The translations under genes and the position numbers were made by a program. A stretch of DNA of 64,000 nucleotides from Pristiophorus japonicus (lineage: Eukaryota): NCBI RefSeq assembly GCF_044704955.1, contig NC_092002.1:7564001-7628000 (forward strand), written 5' to 3'. This document shows positions 61,625 to 64,000 of this stretch, one piece after another (position 1 is the stretch's first letter; each line of letters opens with the position of its first letter). Under the pieces are notes generated by a model, which searched no databases, was not told where the DNA came from, and worked only from the letters and a program-made list of their open reading frames with translations.

Positions 61625-62410
61625 AATTCATTCCTGGGATGTGGGCGTCGCTGGCAAGGCCGGCATTTATTGCTCATCCCTAACTGCCCCTTGAGAAGGT
61701 GGTGGTGAGCTGCCTTCTTGAACCGCTGCAGTCCGTGTGGTGAAGGTGCTCCCACAGTGCTGTTAGGGAGGGAGTTCCAGGATTTTGACCCAATGACGAT
61801 GAAGGAACGGCCGATATATTTCCAAGTCGGGATGGTGTGTGACTTGGAGGGGAACGTGGAGGTGGTGGTGTTCCCATGCGCCTACTGCCCTTGTCCTTCT
61901 AGGGGGTAGAGGTCGCGGGTTTGGGAGGTGCTGCCGAAGAAGCCTTGGTGAGTTGCCGCAGTGCATCTTGTAGAAGGTGCACACTGCAGCCAGGGGGCGC
62001 CGGTGGTGGAGGGAGTGAATGTTGAAGGTGGTGGATGGGGTGCCAATCAAAGCGGGCTGCTTTATCCTGGATGGTGTCGAGCTTTTTGAGTGTTGTTGGA
62101 GCTGCACTCATCCAGGCAAGTGGCGAGGGTTCCATCACACTCCTGACTGGTGCCTTGTAGATGGTGGAAAGGCTTTGGGGAGTCAGGAGGTGAGACACTC
62201 GCCGCAGAATACCCAGCCCCTGACCTGCTCTTGTAGCCACAATATTTATGTAGCGGGTCCAGTTAAGTTTCTGGTCAATGGTGACCCCCAGGATGTGGAT
62301 GGTGGGGATTTGGCGATGGTAATGCCGGTGAATATCCAGGGGCGGTGCTTACACTCGGCCTGATGGAGATGGCCATTGCCTCGCATATGTGTGGCGTGAA
62401 TGTTACTTGC
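61625..62410 (-). mobile_element. LINE 3' fragment (same family as 54080-54795)
   Basis: Minus-strand RAGQGLGILRRVSHLLTPQSLSTIYKAPVRSVME…LDTIQDKAAR. Confidence 0.85.
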
Positions 62411-62969
62411 AATTTAGCCCAGAGTCTCATTCAAAAGACGGCAGTGCTGCGCTGGCATGTCGGCCTAGATTTCATGCTCAGGTCTCTGGAGTGGGACTTG
62501 AACCCACAACCTTCTGGCTCCGAGGCGAGTGTGCTACCCACTGAGCCAAGGCTGACGCCAGCTGAATGAAAAAAATATGGGCTGCTCTCCAAACCCAGCA
62601 TGTGGCGAGGTGATATGCAGAGAATGGCATTTGTAGAGCAAGGGTCTTTGCCTGGCCACTGGTTCCCAACATTCAAGATAAAAACAGCTGAGGTGTCCCT
62701 GCTGCTCATGATGCAATAATTCTTGTAGATAGTATTTATGTTTTGGGAAGGAAAGAATGCATGAGGAATGCAGGGACCCTAATTTATCTGCTTTGAAGGA
62801 ATGTTGGCTTTCATGGCCAAATGTTAGCCCTGCTCTCGCTCTCTCTAACTTATGATGTAATTTAATGCAAAGGAAGGATTTACATAGCACCCTATCCCTT
62901 TTCTCAAACATCTCAACACTTCACATACACCTCAGTTACTTTTCCAGTGAAGCGATCTCTAGCTATGTC

Positions 62970-63460
62970 GTCATCATCATAGGCAGTCCCTCGAATTGAG
63001 GATGACTTGCTTCCACGTCAAAAAGTTTGCGGGTGTTTCAATGAAGGACCTAATATTCCGGATCCCGAACTTCATCCTGAAGGGTGGAAGATGCCTGTGC
63101 GTAGATTTTTTTTTTTTAACGTGGGGTGGCCGTTGCACACCAGCCACCACACGGGGCTTGACAGAGCGAGGTCTTGGTCCAGTGGCAAGGGTTAACCAGG
63201 ACGACTGGAGACCTGCTCTGCTGCACGGACCGAGTGCGCACACATATCGCACAGTGTGGGCTGGGCCCGTGCTGCCCCTGGGCCCTCGCCTCTCCTGGGC
63301 CCCGATCACGTCCCTCTACAATCTCTCGCCGCTCCTTTGCCCCGACCTCGCTGCCCCTGCTGTACCTGCCCGCGCTCCAATCACTGATCTGGATCTTGGT
63401 GATGTCACTCTTCACTGCCGTTGCTCTCCTGCTCCAGCACGTGCTACTCCCTGGAGTGGG
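62970..63460 (-). mobile_element. Non-autonomous RTE-tailed element
   Basis: catcatcataggcagtccctcg end; body matches 6903-7543. Confidence 0.75.
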
Positions 63461-63479
63461 CAGACACTGACTGCAGCCA

Positions 63480-63790
63480 TCTGGTGCATAGCAAGATCCT
63501 ACCGGCTTCCGTGAGGTGTATGGGCCTGTTCCTTTTATTTTTGGGTGTTGCTGGCTGAGGAGAATGCCGGCCTGCGGTGGGGAGGGGCGCGACGACATGT
63601 TGGTCGCGTAAGCTTCGCCCTGGAGCAGCCCGACTTCGATTGGACTCCCGCTGCCTTTTGCCCAACGATTGATTGACGCGATGGCTCTCGCTCCGCTTTC
63701 TAAATTTGCAGATTACACACAATTGCCGGTTGGGGTGGGGGGTGCAGGGGGCGGGTGGGGGGTGCAGGGGGAGGGGGGAGGGAAGGGAAT
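63480..63790. promoter_or_regulatory. CpG-rich promoter-like patch
   Basis: High CpG density in non-repeat sequence, GC box-like ggggaggggcgc, inverted CCAAT (gattgg), G-run tract at 63731-63785. Confidence 0.3.
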
Positions 63791-64000
63791 AGTCAATACC
63801 GAGAGGACTGCACCAAATTATAGAAGGACATTAAAGTTGTAGAATGGGCATATAATTGGCAGATAAATGTGAGGGGTTGCATTTTGGAAGGAAGAATGGG
63901 AAGAATGGGGTTTCCAACATTCCATAGACTCTGGCTACCCTCCACTCCATAGGAACTAATCCAATGTAACCCCACTTTTTTAAAAAAAAGAGGGAGAGAG

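Noticed and set aside
35000-64000. SIX5, DMPK or FBXO46 exons expected from human synteny
   Set aside because: No homeodomain, kinase or F-box coding sequence recognised; small exons could have been missed by eye.

Overview
Repeat-dense vertebrate genomic DNA. The repeat repertoire (DeuSINE/SacSINE1-like SINEs, CR1, L2, RTE, Tx1-like and Penelope-like elements, Gypsy LTRs, Harbinger-like MITEs) points to a cartilaginous fish, probably a shark; this is an inference. The main gene is a + strand MEIOSIN (BHMG1) orthologue, mostly invisible in the ORF track. I reconstructed 11 phase-compatible GT-AG coding exons between 842 and 34356 (1629 nt, 542 aa plus stop), running from bHLH helix 2 through an intact HMG box to the stop codon; the 5' exons lie upstream of the window. 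Its introns hold a near full-length decayed Gypsy element (22380-26990), a 3.3-kb Harbinger-type element carrying only a Myb/SANT-like gene plus a long hairpin (10208-13526), a fold-back CR1 palindrome, and a SINE>LTR>two Tx1 nest that suggests a Tx1-like LINE targeting one site in an LTR. After about 35 kb the window is mostly TE relics, with a candidate first exon (ATGAG|GT, Ena/VASP-like) at about 45.1 kb, a degenerate minimal hammerhead ribozyme at about 49.3 kb, an assembly gap and a CpG-rich promoter-like patch at about 63.6 kb. All identifications were made by eye; no searches were run.
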